A stretch of 42,535 nucleotides of DNA, taken from positions 1 through 42,535 of the IMG/VR virus record IMGVR_UViG_3300043409_001137; one strand, 5' to 3'. The notes under the pieces are model-generated. The model saw only the letters and a list, made by a program, of their open reading frames with translations. It did not search any database and was not told the origin of the DNA. The position numbers and the translations under genes are program-made. The stretch is from a virus. Lineage: Duplodnaviria > Caudoviricetes. Below, piece after piece: positions 1 to 9,050 of the stretch (the stretch's first letter is position 1; each line of letters opens with the position of its first letter).

Positions 1-1178
1 GCACCGGCCCGGCACCCGGCACTGGCACTGGACCGGGCACTGGCACTGGAACGGGCACTGGCACTGGCACTGGAACGGGCACTGGCACTGGAACGGGCAC
101 TGGCACTGGAACGGGCACTGGCACTGGAACGGGCACTGGAACGGGCACTGGAACGGGCACTGGCACTGGAACGGGCACTGGAACGGGCACTGGCACTGGA
201 ACGGGCACTGGCACTGGAACGGGCACTGGCACTGGAACGGGCACTGGAATCCCAACGGGCGGAACATCTATGCCAACGGCCACTTCCGCACTTGATGAGG
301 CCAAGGCACGTTTTGCGCGTATCGCCGGCAACGGTGCAAAGTACGCGCCAATCGCTCTCAAGCAGCTCTACGACAGCGTCGTTCAAAAGGACGCCCCCAC
401 GGCGGAAGACTTCAAGGCCGAGCTCTTTGGCCGGCCCAAGACGGACACCGGTGACTCATCCAATCCCGAGGATGCGTACAACCCGCTCGGGTTCACCGGG
501 TTGGATTTCCTGAAGATGTTCGCCAAGGAAGGCGGCTCCATACACCATTACTCGACAGGATCCACCGTGGACGCCACCCAGAGCTCAGAGACGACGGACT
601 ACGCCGCCAAGATCGCCGCGTTGAAGGCCGACATGGCGAACCGGGACATGCAAGACCTCAAGGACACCTTTGCGAAGCTGGGTGAGGTGTCACCACCCAT
701 CGCGCCAATGTCGCGCCCTACGGTCGCCCAGGGGCGCCACGCGGGGTCCGCCTACGCGCCCAGGCCGATGTCCCAGATGTCGGTGGTGCCGCAGCTCGCC
801 GCGATACTCCAGCGCCGGGGCATGACCATGGCCCAAGGCGGCAACGTCGCCGACCAGTCGCACCCCAACTACAATGGCATCCCGGCGTTTCGCACGGGCG
901 GCCTTGAGGGCCTGGGCGGCAAGTACGTCGAGGGTAAGGGCGACGGCACCAGCGACGACATCGCTGCCATGCTCGCCAACGGGGAGTACGTCTTCAGCGC
1001 CGACGTGGTGGCGGCCCTGGGCAACGGGTCCAACAAAGCCGGTGCATCGGCACTCGACCAGATGGTCAGCAAGATCCGGGAGCGCGCACGATCGGCTCCG
1101 CCTGACAAGCTATCGCCGGATGCCAAGTCGCCCCTAGAATACCTCAAGTCCTCGGCACCCACGAAAGGGGCACGATAA
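1..1178 (+). CDS. Putative virion/internal protein, 5'-truncated; (Gly-Thr)n tract and C-terminal G-x-G-x-S-D-x-I-x-A-x-L-x-x-G-E-Y-V domain
   Basis: The frame of the 270..1178 ORF is open back to the window edge (codons from position 3: T G P A P G T G T G P G T G T...), so ATG 270 is probably internal. GKGDGTSDDIAAMLANGEYVF resembles the GPGTGTSDSIPAxLSNGEFV motif seen in phage tape-measure/virion proteins. Confidence 0.75.
   Translation, partial: TGPAPGTGTGPGTGTGTGTGTGTGTGTGTGTGTGTGTGTGTGTGTGTGTGTGTGTGTGTGTGTGTGTGTGTGTGTGTGTGTGIPTGGTSMPTATSALDEAKARFARIAGNGAKYAPIALKQLYDSVVQKDAPTAEDFKAELFGRPKTDTGDSSNPEDAYNPLGFTGLDFLKMFAKEGGSIHHYSTGSTVDATQSSETTDYAAKIAALKADMANRDMQDLKDTFAKLGEVSPPIAPMSRPTVAQGRHAGSAYAPRPMSQMSVVPQLAAILQRRGMTMAQGGNVADQSHPNYNGIPAFRTGGLEGLGGKYVEGKGDGTSDDIAAMLANGEYVFSADVVAALGNGSNKAGASALDQMVSKIRERARSAPPDKLSPDAKSPLEYLKSSAPTKGAR
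18..248 (+). repeat. Hexamer tandem array (GGCACT/GGAACG) encoding about 38 Gly-Thr dipeptides
   Basis: Directly visible mix of ggcact and ggaacg units, in frame with the downstream ORF. Confidence 0.95.
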
Positions 1179-2320
1179 TGGGTCTCACCACCTCGTCAGC
1201 AACCGAAACTACCACCGCACCAAGCTACTACACGGACTACCTGACCGACCTTGCGTCGAAGGGTAAGACGGCGGTTACAAATGCCCAATTTGCGGATTCC
1301 AACGCAAACCAGTTGGCAGCATTCCAGAACGTCGGCACGAACGTCGGGAACTACCTGCCGGGGCTAACTACCGCAGGCACCACCACCGGTTTGGCGGGTG
1401 GTCTGAACATGGCGACCGCCGCCAACCCGTACCTCGGGACTCCGGCGGCGGGTGCATCGGCGCAGGACTACCTGAGCGCCGGGGCCACCGGTGCCGATAA
1501 GATCGTTGGCAACTACATGAGCCCGTACATGACGAACGTCATGGACTCGATCCGGAACGCAAACCAGCAGAACATCCAGCAGAACCTCGCGCCGGGCCTG
1601 ACCGCAGCCTCGGTAGGCGCCGGCCAGTTCGGCTCCCAGCGGGGCGCCAATGCCCTCTCAATGGGCATCTCGAACGCCAACATCGGCGCGCTGAAGGAAC
1701 AGTCCACGGCCCTGCAGTCCGGGTACACCCAGGCCCTGGCGGCGGCGCAGAAGCAGCGCGAGAATCAGCTCACGGCGGGGTCGAGCCAGATCCAGGCTGG
1801 CACGGCGGCGGCCAATGCGGCCTCCCAGGCGGCGCAGAACTACCTCAACACCGGCAAGCAGCAGGCTTCCCTTGCGGAGCAGCTCCAGAGCGCCGGGCTG
1901 GCCGACACGAACGCCCTGGCGACCCTGGGTGCGCAGCAGCAGGCGATCGCCCAGAACAAGGCCGACTACCCGATGAAGATGCTGGGCCTGCAGGCCGGGC
2001 TGATGTCGGGGCAGTCGATCCCGATGACCGTCACGAAGACGGCAACGGGGTCTACGTTGGGCGCGATCGCCGGCTTGGGGTCGATTGCCGCAGGTCTGTT
2101 CACCAAGAACGCAAGCGGGACGACGCCTTGGGACAATATGACTCAAACGATGCGGGATTGGTATCGCGGCCAAGGGGTGGATCCAACCAAAGCGACTACT
2201 GATTCCACGACGGGTGTGGGCAGCTACGCTGACGCGGCGGACTGGTCCAACCGGAGTTACTCGTACGACCCGATCACCGGTGGGTATTCTGAAGACAATA
2301 TGGGCGGGGCCCCCACTTAA
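1178..2320 (+). CDS. Putative ejection/internal virion protein (Ala/Gln/Gly/Thr-rich, 380 aa)
   Basis: TAATG coupling to upstream gene; A/Q-rich helical composition with a hydrophobic Gly-rich segment (STLGAIAGLGSIAAGLF); position at end of late operon. Confidence 0.6.
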   Translation: MGLTTSSATETTTAPSYYTDYLTDLASKGKTAVTNAQFADSNANQLAAFQNVGTNVGNYLPGLTTAGTTTGLAGGLNMATAANPYLGTPAAGASAQDYLSAGATGADKIVGNYMSPYMTNVMDSIRNANQQNIQQNLAPGLTAASVGAGQFGSQRGANALSMGISNANIGALKEQSTALQSGYTQALAAAQKQRENQLTAGSSQIQAGTAAANAASQAAQNYLNTGKQQASLAEQLQSAGLADTNALATLGAQQQAIAQNKADYPMKMLGLQAGLMSGQSIPMTVTKTATGSTLGAIAGLGSIAAGLFTKNASGTTPWDNMTQTMRDWYRGQGVDPTKATTDSTTGVGSYADAADWSNRSYSYDPITGGYSEDNMGGAPT

Positions 2321-2332
2321 AGGATAACGAAC

Positions 2333-3841
2333 ATGGCAACAGATTCCGGGCTCACCGCTACCGCCATCAACCCGGCTGGGTTGACGCCGGAGAACCTCGC
2401 GAAGTACGAGGAGGCCCTCAAGGCCAGCATGGACGCGCTGCAGGCGCGCTACGCCAACCCGAACTGGTTCAACGTCGCTGCCGGCTTCCTCAAGCCCCAG
2501 CTAGGGGGCTTTGCGGCCTCCCTGGGCAGCGCAGGAGCCGCCCTGGGTGACTGGCAGGAGAAGCAGCGAGCCAACGAGCTGCCGGTGGCGCAGATGCGCG
2601 CGCAGCTTGGTCTGGTGGGGATGCAGCAGGAGCAGAAGAATCAGGCTGATGCGCGGTACGCCCAGGCCATGGCCCGAGGGGGCTTCACCGAGGCCGACGT
2701 GGCCTACATTGCGGCGCGTGATAAACAGAAGGGTGAACAAGCGGCTGAAGCGTTTGACCGGGCCAAAGGCATTAAGATAGCGCGGGGGAACCGGGCAGAA
2801 ACATTGGCAAGTTCTATAACAGGCCGGCCCGCAAGTGTCTCACAACAACAGGTTGACTTTACGCCTGGATTTGAATCGTTTAATGGGCAAGGGGTTAAAT
2901 TCGGCGCGCCCTCCGACGCAACTCCAGTTGTAGCAACGCCTGCACCGGTGCCCGGAGCTGCGCCTCCGGTACTTGGTGCCCCACCGGCGCCCTCGGTTGA
3001 TTTTCAGGTGCCTGAAATACCAGGGGGGCTAACTCCGGCGCAAGCATCTAAGAAAACTGAAACGCAAGTTGCTGAAACTCTGAAATTTACAAATCAATTA
3101 ACTGATCAAGTTGCGGAAATACCCAAACGCTACGGGAATTTGTCAACAGCGTACGATCTGTTAAACGATCCTAACGTGCAAAAAGTTTTGGGTAGAACTA
3201 GAACAGGTGGTGTTTCCGCCATACTACAAGCGGGTTTGACCAGCGATAGCTCGCCAGATGCTGTTAAGAAAATAGTAAGTCTTCTAGTTAATCCTGACAC
3301 TACCAAAGATATTAAACCAATAAAAGATGCAAAGGGCAATAATGTCCCAGGCGGTAGTGTAAAAGATCAAATAGCAAGCCTTAATGAAAAAATAGGTATG
3401 TTGGCGTCAACTGCTGCCCAAGAACAGCTAAACATAAATCAAATGATGAAGAGTCCTACAGACTACTCTAGGGCTGCGGAAAGAAACCTTGCCATAAACT
3501 TAGACGATACCGCCCGTTCAAATCAACGAAAGATAACAACCGCGCTACACGATATGTCTAGGACGACTAGGTTAAGTGATGTTGTGCAAAAGTTAAAAGA
3601 CAAAAATTTGGGTTACTCTGATTTGATTGCAAACCCCGAATACAAGAAAGTTGAAGAGGCGTGGGCAAAAGAGCATAACGTGTTGGCAAAAACAGCTTTG
3701 CGCGAAACGTTGCCTACAGAGTTGCGGTACCCTTTCAAACCCGTTGTTGCGCCGGCAGCACCCGGAGCTGCTGGGACGACTTCTTCAATAGTGCAACAGC
3801 TCAGAGCAAACGCGGCGCGAACTGCGGCTCCTACACCGTAA
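2333..3841 (+). CDS. Putative ejection/internal virion protein (502 aa)
   Basis: AAGGA RBS at about 2320; N-terminal WFNVAAGFLKP..GGFAASLGSAG segment followed by coiled coil; lies between two other candidate ejection genes. Confidence 0.6.
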   Translation: MATDSGLTATAINPAGLTPENLAKYEEALKASMDALQARYANPNWFNVAAGFLKPQLGGFAASLGSAGAALGDWQEKQRANELPVAQMRAQLGLVGMQQEQKNQADARYAQAMARGGFTEADVAYIAARDKQKGEQAAEAFDRAKGIKIARGNRAETLASSITGRPASVSQQQVDFTPGFESFNGQGVKFGAPSDATPVVATPAPVPGAAPPVLGAPPAPSVDFQVPEIPGGLTPAQASKKTETQVAETLKFTNQLTDQVAEIPKRYGNLSTAYDLLNDPNVQKVLGRTRTGGVSAILQAGLTSDSSPDAVKKIVSLLVNPDTTKDIKPIKDAKGNNVPGGSVKDQIASLNEKIGMLASTAAQEQLNINQMMKSPTDYSRAAERNLAINLDDTARSNQRKITTALHDMSRTTRLSDVVQKLKDKNLGYSDLIANPEYKKVEEAWAKEHNVLAKTALRETLPTELRYPFKPVVAPAAPGAAGTTSSIVQQLRANAARTAAPTP

Positions 3842-3852
3842 AAGGATAGAAC

Positions 3853-5328
3853 GTGGATTATTCTAAACTGAGCAAAGAACAAACTGACATAGGTTTGGCT
3901 ATCGCAAGAGTGGCGGAGAAACACGGCCTAAACCCAGATTTTGTTATCCCTCTGTTCATGGGGGAGAGCGGGTTGGCCCACATCCCCAGTAAAAAGACCG
4001 ATAGCGCGGGCAAGCCTATCGCCTTTGGGGTGGCCCAACTGACGCCCGCTACTGCGGCTAGGTACGGTGTGCCGGACTACATGAGCCCCGATGCTGAAGC
4101 TAATATCGACGCAGGTGTCCGTTATCTAAAAGACTTGATGAAGAATAAGGCGATAGGCAATGACCCCGAAAAGATAATCATTGGCTACAACGCCGGTGCG
4201 GGGGCGCCTTTCTTAAAATCTGGAAACCTGGAAGACTTGTTGCCAGAGACGAGAGCGCACTTGTTGAATGTGTCGGGGCATTCCCCCACCGGTGAGCTGG
4301 CACGGCCCGCTTCTACTGCGGAAGGAGCGCCCACTGCTACGGCAGAAGCACCGACGGACGGAAGCGCACCGGCGTTCACTTTTGAAGAGGGGGCCCGTGA
4401 GTTGTCGGATGTACCCACCGAAAAACGTGTACCCGACGACAACACCCTAAAAGGTGCTCTTGCTGGGGCTGCTGTTGGGAGCGCCGGGGTACTTGGGTCA
4501 AAGGCCCTTGATTATTTGGCCTATAGGCTAAGGGGCACTCCAGCAGTAACTCCGGCAACTTCGGTACCGGCAGGAACTTCGGGTGCTACCGGGGTTACCG
4601 GAGCGGCCTCTACCGGTAGAGACAATTTTACACGGTATCTCAACAGTCAACTGAATGAACGAATACACGTTCCTGTTGCAGAGTTTGAAAATATAGCCGG
4701 CAAACCCTTGTACACCCAGGGGGAGGTTCAAACAGCCTTAAAACAAGTACCCGAGATTGAAACAAAGCGCGTTCCTGTTATTAAAAAAGTAAATGGCGTA
4801 CCGAGACAAGTGTCTTTTAAGGTAATTCCTGGACGCCCTCAAATGGATTTAAGCGCCTTTGAACAGCCTGGGCCAACAGCAAAGGAACAAGCCGCTGTAA
4901 AAGCCGCCGCCGCAAAACTTGCATTTCAAAATTCTACATTAGGTCGTATTGCAACGGCCTTGACCCCCGCTGCTAGAGTTGCAGGTAGTACTCTAGGCGG
5001 CATTTCTGCGGCCAACAATCTGGGTGAGGCGTACGCCAACTACCAAGAAGAAGGTGGTTTGAATATGCGGAACATAGCGCAAGGCGTCGCTGGTTTAGGC
5101 GGTGTGATTGGGATGGCGCCTCATTTGCGTGCGCAACTTATTGGCGGCGCAATGCAAGGCGCGATGGCCTACCCCGACATTTACGATTACGTGACTGACG
5201 CAAGCGGCACCAATAAGGAACAGGTGTACCCACGTACAGAAGAAGGCGTTGAGTACGTACCGAACATACCAATCCGACAGCCACGCCGTCTCGCTAATCC
5301 GTCAATAGCTCCAGCAGGGTCCCGATAA
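3853..5328 (+). CDS. Virion-associated lytic transglycosylase (SLT domain) ejection protein
   Basis: N-terminal SLT motifs: GES (catalytic Glu), GVAQLTPATA, NIDAGVRYL, YNAG; GTG start with AAGGA RBS. Confidence 0.8.
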   Translation: MDYSKLSKEQTDIGLAIARVAEKHGLNPDFVIPLFMGESGLAHIPSKKTDSAGKPIAFGVAQLTPATAARYGVPDYMSPDAEANIDAGVRYLKDLMKNKAIGNDPEKIIIGYNAGAGAPFLKSGNLEDLLPETRAHLLNVSGHSPTGELARPASTAEGAPTATAEAPTDGSAPAFTFEEGARELSDVPTEKRVPDDNTLKGALAGAAVGSAGVLGSKALDYLAYRLRGTPAVTPATSVPAGTSGATGVTGAASTGRDNFTRYLNSQLNERIHVPVAEFENIAGKPLYTQGEVQTALKQVPEIETKRVPVIKKVNGVPRQVSFKVIPGRPQMDLSAFEQPGPTAKEQAAVKAAAAKLAFQNSTLGRIATALTPAARVAGSTLGGISAANNLGEAYANYQEEGGLNMRNIAQGVAGLGGVIGMAPHLRAQLIGGAMQGAMAYPDIYDYVTDASGTNKEQVYPRTEEGVEYVPNIPIRQPRRLANPSIAPAGSR

Positions 5329-5389
5329 CCCACACGCACACCATAAAGCTGATCATCCTGTTCTCTCCTTAGCCTGTCTAGAGGCTTTC

Positions 5390-5418
5390 AGGGCCCCCGT
5401 GTGGGGGCCCTTTTTTTT
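5390..5418 (+). terminator. Rho-independent terminator ending the late operon
   Basis: AGGGCCCCC-GTGT-GGGGGCCCT stem followed by a T run, between convergent operons. Confidence 0.9.
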
Positions 5419-5671
5419 AGGCGGCTTCCCACTTGTCGAACGAGAAGCACCCCTTGCAGGGCTCGTCCTTCGACGACACGATCGCGTGCTTGCACCGGAC
5501 GCAGGCCCGCTCGGGCTCACGCGGCGCCTGGGACAGCCGGTACATGAGCAACTGCTCCATCTTGTCGGCGAACTCCAGCAGGTCGACATCGTTGGCGTAC
5601 ATGCCGCTCGGGTCGCGCATGTCGCACGCGAGGTAGACGTTCTTGACGTCGGCGGGGGTGAGCTTGCTCAT
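5417..5671 (-). CDS. Hypothetical protein with C-terminal CxxC...CxxC (84 aa)
   Basis: ATGA overlap with upstream gene; CVRC...CKGC. Confidence 0.7.
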   Translation of the reverse strand: MSKLTPADVKNVYLACDMRDPSGMYANDVDLLEFADKMEQLLMYRLSQAPREPERACVRCKHAIVSSKDEPCKGCFSFDKWEAA

Positions 5672-6135
5672 GTGTTCTTCTCCTCCAGCTTTGCTTCTAC
5701 TTCAAGGCATAGGTCGTGCGGCCCTAGTGCCATATTCTCAAACTCCTCAATTTCTGCATTCGTCAGCCCTTGCCATTGGGGTTTCGGTTCAATCCAGAAC
5801 AACTCACCAATCTGCTCTGCCGTGTACTCTGCAAAATCGTCATTGCCCCACTTAACAAGCGCTTTGCCGGTGGTGGATGTAGCCTCTACAGTGCACAGTT
5901 CGTCGGTTTCAATGCAACGCAAAATGTCTCCTCGGGCTAGCGCCCCCAACTCTTTTGAACAGGCATAGCAGAGATTGGCCCTCTTACACGTTTCCCCGCA
6001 GCCCCCAACCTGCGCTAGGTCAACACGCCCAGCCCGCCAAGCCGCCCACTCCCCGCAGGTCCGGCTCTTGTGCAAGTACGAACTTGTTTCCCAATAGTCA
6101 TCACACCATGCCTCAAACGCAGTGCGCTCGGTCAT
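5668..6135 (-). CDS. Hypothetical modular accessory protein (155 aa)
   Basis: ATGA overlaps at both ends; Cys cluster and WQGLTNAEI module. Confidence 0.7.
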   Translation of the reverse strand: MTERTAFEAWCDDYWETSSYLHKSRTCGEWAAWRAGRVDLAQVGGCGETCKRANLCYACSKELGALARGDILRCIETDELCTVEATSTTGKALVKWGNDDFAEYTAEQIGELFWIEPKPQWQGLTNAEIEEFENMALGPHDLCLEVEAKLEEKNT

Positions 6136-6332
6136 GGCTCAATCCCAAAATGGTTACAGATTAAGAGCTTGACGTTGCCGGTATAGCCGGTGCTCAACTC
6201 GGCGCACTCCATGATGATGCGGTCGGCAAACTTCTGCACGTTGATAAAGTCGGCAGTGCATTCCTCCCGCCCACGACCGTCAACCGTAACGTCGAACAGC
6301 CCTTCCATTAGTTTTCTAATTCGTTCGTTCAT
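6132..6332 (-). CDS. Hypothetical protein (66 aa)
   Basis: ATGA-coupled; MNERI...FADRIIMECA...HFGIEP. Confidence 0.7.
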   Translation of the reverse strand: MNERIRKLMEGLFDVTVDGRGREECTADFINVQKFADRIIMECAELSTGYTGNVKLLICNHFGIEP

Positions 6333-6538
6333 GGCTCAATCAGCTTTCTCATTTTGTCAGACCAATCCGTAGCACTATCATCTGGCGAGTAGCAGTTGAT
6401 ACACTCCAGCACAATCAACTCGGCAAGTTTTTTCGAGTACAACTGCTCCCGTGTGTATCCGGTTTCTTTGTAGTTGTACTCCTCATAACTCCACTCATTC
6501 GCTTTCTCAATAAGTTCACTGACTATTCTGTTGTTCAT
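6329..6538 (-). CDS. Hypothetical protein (69 aa), paralog-like to the neighbour
   Basis: ATGA-coupled; KKLAELIVLECI resembles QKFADRIIMECA of 6132..6332. Confidence 0.7.
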   Translation of the reverse strand: MNNRIVSELIEKANEWSYEEYNYKETGYTREQLYSKKLAELIVLECINCYSPDDSATDWSDKMRKLIEP

Positions 6539-6765
6539 GGTTCAACCCTCTGCTTAATGCCCAACATCTCTCGATGCAGGTTCTCCAGCATCACCCGGTA
6601 GGGTGACTGGGGCAGGCAGTCCGTTGCCAGCTTGCATCGTTCTGCAAATGCATCAGTGCGTACAGCTTCGCGTACAACTGCCCGCACCTTCGCAAGCATG
6701 TCATCAGGATGGAGGCTGGTCGGCCAACGCCACCCCATCAGTTCCGCAATGCGCTCATCGGTCAT
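6535..6765 (-). CDS. Hypothetical protein (76 aa)
   Basis: Start reassigned to ATG 6765 (MTDERIA), which overlaps the upstream stop as ATGA. Confidence 0.65.
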   Translation of the reverse strand: MTDERIAELMGWRWPTSLHPDDMLAKVRAVVREAVRTDAFAERCKLATDCLPQSPYRVMLENLHREMLGIKQRVEP

Positions 6766-6956
6766 GCCGACCACCACGTCGCCAGGGCGGCGATGCCAAA
6801 GACCACCACGATCGTGGCGATCGCGTCGCTCACGCAGCTCTTGCGCACCCCCAGCAGCCCCCGCTGGACGATGATCTCGTCCTCGGACATCTCGGTGGTG
6901 TTGGGCGGGGTGTAGCCCAGGCCGATCTTTACCTTGCCTGTGTTGTAGACGGTCAT
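6762..6956 (-). CDS. Small membrane protein (64 aa)
   Basis: AGGAGG RBS upstream; C-terminal hydrophobic helix IATIVVVFGIAALATWW. Confidence 0.7.
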   Translation of the reverse strand: MTVYNTGKVKIGLGYTPPNTTEMSEDEIIVQRGLLGVRKSCVSDAIATIVVVFGIAALATWWSA

Positions 6957-7030
6957 ACGTCCTCCTGTTGATGTGAAGTTACAGTGTACTACAACTCGGG
7001 GTTACAATGGCCGTTTCCACAAGGACTGCC
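6957..7030. promoter_or_regulatory. Divergent promoter region
   Basis: + strand -10 TACAAT at 7003-7008 preceded by AAC-N5-GTT (6993-7003); - strand -10-like TACACT at 6988-6983; RBSs on both sides. Confidence 0.6.
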
Positions 7031-7231
7031 ATGACCCTCTCCGAGTACTTCCAAACCGACGTCATGGGCGCCAAGAGCGAGATGGCCCAGTTCCTGGGCA
7101 TCACCCCCACCTGGATGAGCCTGCTCATCTCAGGCCGGCGCCAAGCCTCTCCTGTCCTTGCAATCGAGATCGAGAAGGCCACCAAGGGCCTCGTGACCCG
7201 TCAGGCGTTGAGACCAGACATCTTCTTCTGA
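7031..7231 (+). CDS. Cro/YdaS-like HTH transcriptional regulator (66 aa)
   Basis: AAGGA RBS at 7021; KSEMAQFLGITPTWMSLLISGRR helix-turn-helix and the IEKAT.G.VT...LRPD C-terminus typical of YdaS/Cro-like proteins. Confidence 0.8.
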   Translation: MTLSEYFQTDVMGAKSEMAQFLGITPTWMSLLISGRRQASPVLAIEIEKATKGLVTRQALRPDIFF

Positions 7232-8616
7232 CCGGCCTTCCTGCGGTGTTTCATGGCGTCCATGAGGATGTCCTGAACCTCCCGCTTGGTCTCCAGGCGC
7301 TGCAGCACCAGCAGGTCAACGGTGTCCCGGGCCAGGATGCGGTGGATGAACACCGGGCGGTCGTGGCCTGACTGGAGCTGCCGGGTCGGGCCGATGCGCT
7401 CGATGATCTGCAGGTGCTCCTCCAGGTTCCAGTTGACCGAGAAGAACACCAGGATGTTGCCGCCGTCCTGCAGGTTGAGCCCGTGGCCGGCGCTGGCCGG
7501 GTGGGCGAACAGGACCGGGATCTTGCCCGCGTTCCAGTCCTTGATCGTCTCGGGCTTCTTGTCCAAATGCTTGCCCTGGGGGAAGTGCTTCAGCAGCCGG
7601 GCCAGATCCGACTTGAAGTTGTAGGCCACCAGCACCGGCATGCCGGCTGCCTCCTCGATCACCGACTCCAGGGCCTCCAGCTTGGCCGTGTGGACCTCCT
7701 GCCACGCCAGCGCCCCGTCGCCCACGTACATCGCGCCGTTGGCGATCTGCAGGCACTTCTGAGTCTTCGCCGCCGCGTTGAACGCCTCGATCTCGTCGCC
7801 CGTGTCGAGGGCGGTGTACATCTCGTCCTCCATGTCCTGGTAGTGCTTGCGGGCCTTGAGCGGCAGCTTGACCATGATGTTGTTGATGATGGGCGTGCGC
7901 AGGTCGAACCAGTCCGCCGCCTCGATCGTCAGGCAGACGTCGCGCAGCTTGTCCTGGATCTCGACCTGGGCGATCGCCAGCGGCTCGACCCCGTAGCCGG
8001 TCCTGTCGGGCCGGAACCACCGCTGCGAGAAGGCGGTGAAGGTGCGGCCCAGGCGCACACCTGCGTCGATGAACCACGCCTGCCCCCAGAGGTCCTTGAG
8101 CCCGTTGCTGGCCGGCGTGCCGGTGAGCTCGATCAGGCGCTTGATGCGGGTGTGGGTGATGCTGCCCAGGGCCTGGGCGCGCTTGCCGCCCTGGCGCAGC
8201 CTGAACCCCTTGACCTTGGTGGACTCGTCCAGGACCACCGTGGCGTAGGGCCACTTGTCGCCCCAGTACGCCACCAGCCAGACGATCTGCTCGTAGTTCG
8301 TGGTGTAGACCTGTGACGGCGACCGCACGGCGGCGATGCGCTCGCGCTCGGTGCCCACGATCGGCACCACGTTCATGCCCGTCAGGTGGTCCCATTTGAG
8401 CACTTCTTCGGGCCACGTCGTCGTCGCCACGCGCAACGGTGCTATCACCAGCGCCGGGCCGTCCTCGACCATCTGCAGGATCTCCAGCGCCGACAGGGTT
8501 GCGACGGTCTTGCCGGTGCCCATGCCGGCCCACACCGCGACGCGCTTCCCGTCCAGGATGTGGTTGATGATCAGCGTCTGGTACGGGCGGGGGGTGAATT
8601 TCTGGCGCGTGCTCAT
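7201..8616 (-). CDS. SNF2-family (DEAD/DEAH-like) helicase
   Basis: GMGTGKT (motif I), VVLDEST (II), LTGTP (III), SAGHGLNLQ (V), QIIERI (VI). Start reassigned to ATG 8616 (MSTRQKF). Confidence 0.92.
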   Translation of the reverse strand: MSTRQKFTPRPYQTLIINHILDGKRVAVWAGMGTGKTVATLSALEILQMVEDGPALVIAPLRVATTTWPEEVLKWDHLTGMNVVPIVGTERERIAAVRSPSQVYTTNYEQIVWLVAYWGDKWPYATVVLDESTKVKGFRLRQGGKRAQALGSITHTRIKRLIELTGTPASNGLKDLWGQAWFIDAGVRLGRTFTAFSQRWFRPDRTGYGVEPLAIAQVEIQDKLRDVCLTIEAADWFDLRTPIINNIMVKLPLKARKHYQDMEDEMYTALDTGDEIEAFNAAAKTQKCLQIANGAMYVGDGALAWQEVHTAKLEALESVIEEAAGMPVLVAYNFKSDLARLLKHFPQGKHLDKKPETIKDWNAGKIPVLFAHPASAGHGLNLQDGGNILVFFSVNWNLEEHLQIIERIGPTRQLQSGHDRPVFIHRILARDTVDLLVLQRLETKREVQDILMDAMKHRRKAGQKKMSGLNA

Positions 8617-8768
8617 GCGCGGTACTTCGGCGGGGGCACGTAGACCCTCTCGTGCGTCGTGTACCTGACGCCGCAGGCCGTGCAGCACCGGCGGCGGACC
8701 AGGGTAGTGTCCCGGAGCTGCCGGGTGTATATGACGTCGCTCTTGAAGTTGTTGCATTTGGGGCACAT
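8613..8768 (-). CDS. NrdR-like N-terminal zinc-ribbon protein (51 aa; not in ORF track)
   Basis: Manual translation MCPKCNNFKSDVIYTRQLRDTTLVRRRCCTACGVRYTTHERVYVPPPKYRA matches the CPxC...RRRxCxxCxxRFTTxE pattern. Starts right after the VRR-NUC stop and overlaps the helicase start as ATGA. Confidence 0.8.
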   Translation of the reverse strand: MCPKCNNFKSDVIYTRQLRDTTLVRRRCCTACGVRYTTHERVYVPPPKYRA

Positions 8769-9050
8769 TCAGCTTTTCGGTGGGTTGAGGAGGGCGATCA
8801 CGCCCTCGATGGAATCGATCACGTACACCAGCTCACCGAGCCGGCGCATGCGGTTGTGCTCGCGGACCTGCTGGGCGGTGGGCTTCTCGCCGGTGGCCTT
8901 GAGCTCGACCCAGAACGGCGTGCGCCCGGGCAGCATGACCCGGCGGTCAGGTGCGCCGGCACGCCCAATCCATTGGGCCTTGCGGATCTCACCGCCCATC
9001 AAAATGACGTGCCGGGCCAGATACTTCTCAATCGCGGATTCACGCATCAT
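8769..9050 (-). CDS. VRR-NUC domain nuclease
   Basis: MRESAIEKYL...GAPDR...FWVELKA...Q PD-(D/E)XK pattern; usual position between PolA and SNF2 helicase. Confidence 0.9.
   Translation of the reverse strand: MMRESAIEKYLARHVILMGGEIRKAQWIGRAGAPDRRVMLPGRTPFWVELKATGEKPTAQQVREHNRMRRLGELVYVIDSIEGVIALLNPPKS

Noticed and set aside
1-248. Hexamer array as a non-coding telomere-like or terminal repeat
   Set aside because: Variation is almost entirely synonymous for Gly-Thr in the frame continuous with the 270..1178 ORF, so it is coding.
8617-8766. N-terminal 50 aa of the 521-aa helicase ORF
   Set aside because: A better NrdR-like ORF occupies another frame, and ATG 8616 gives an ATGA-coupled helicase start.
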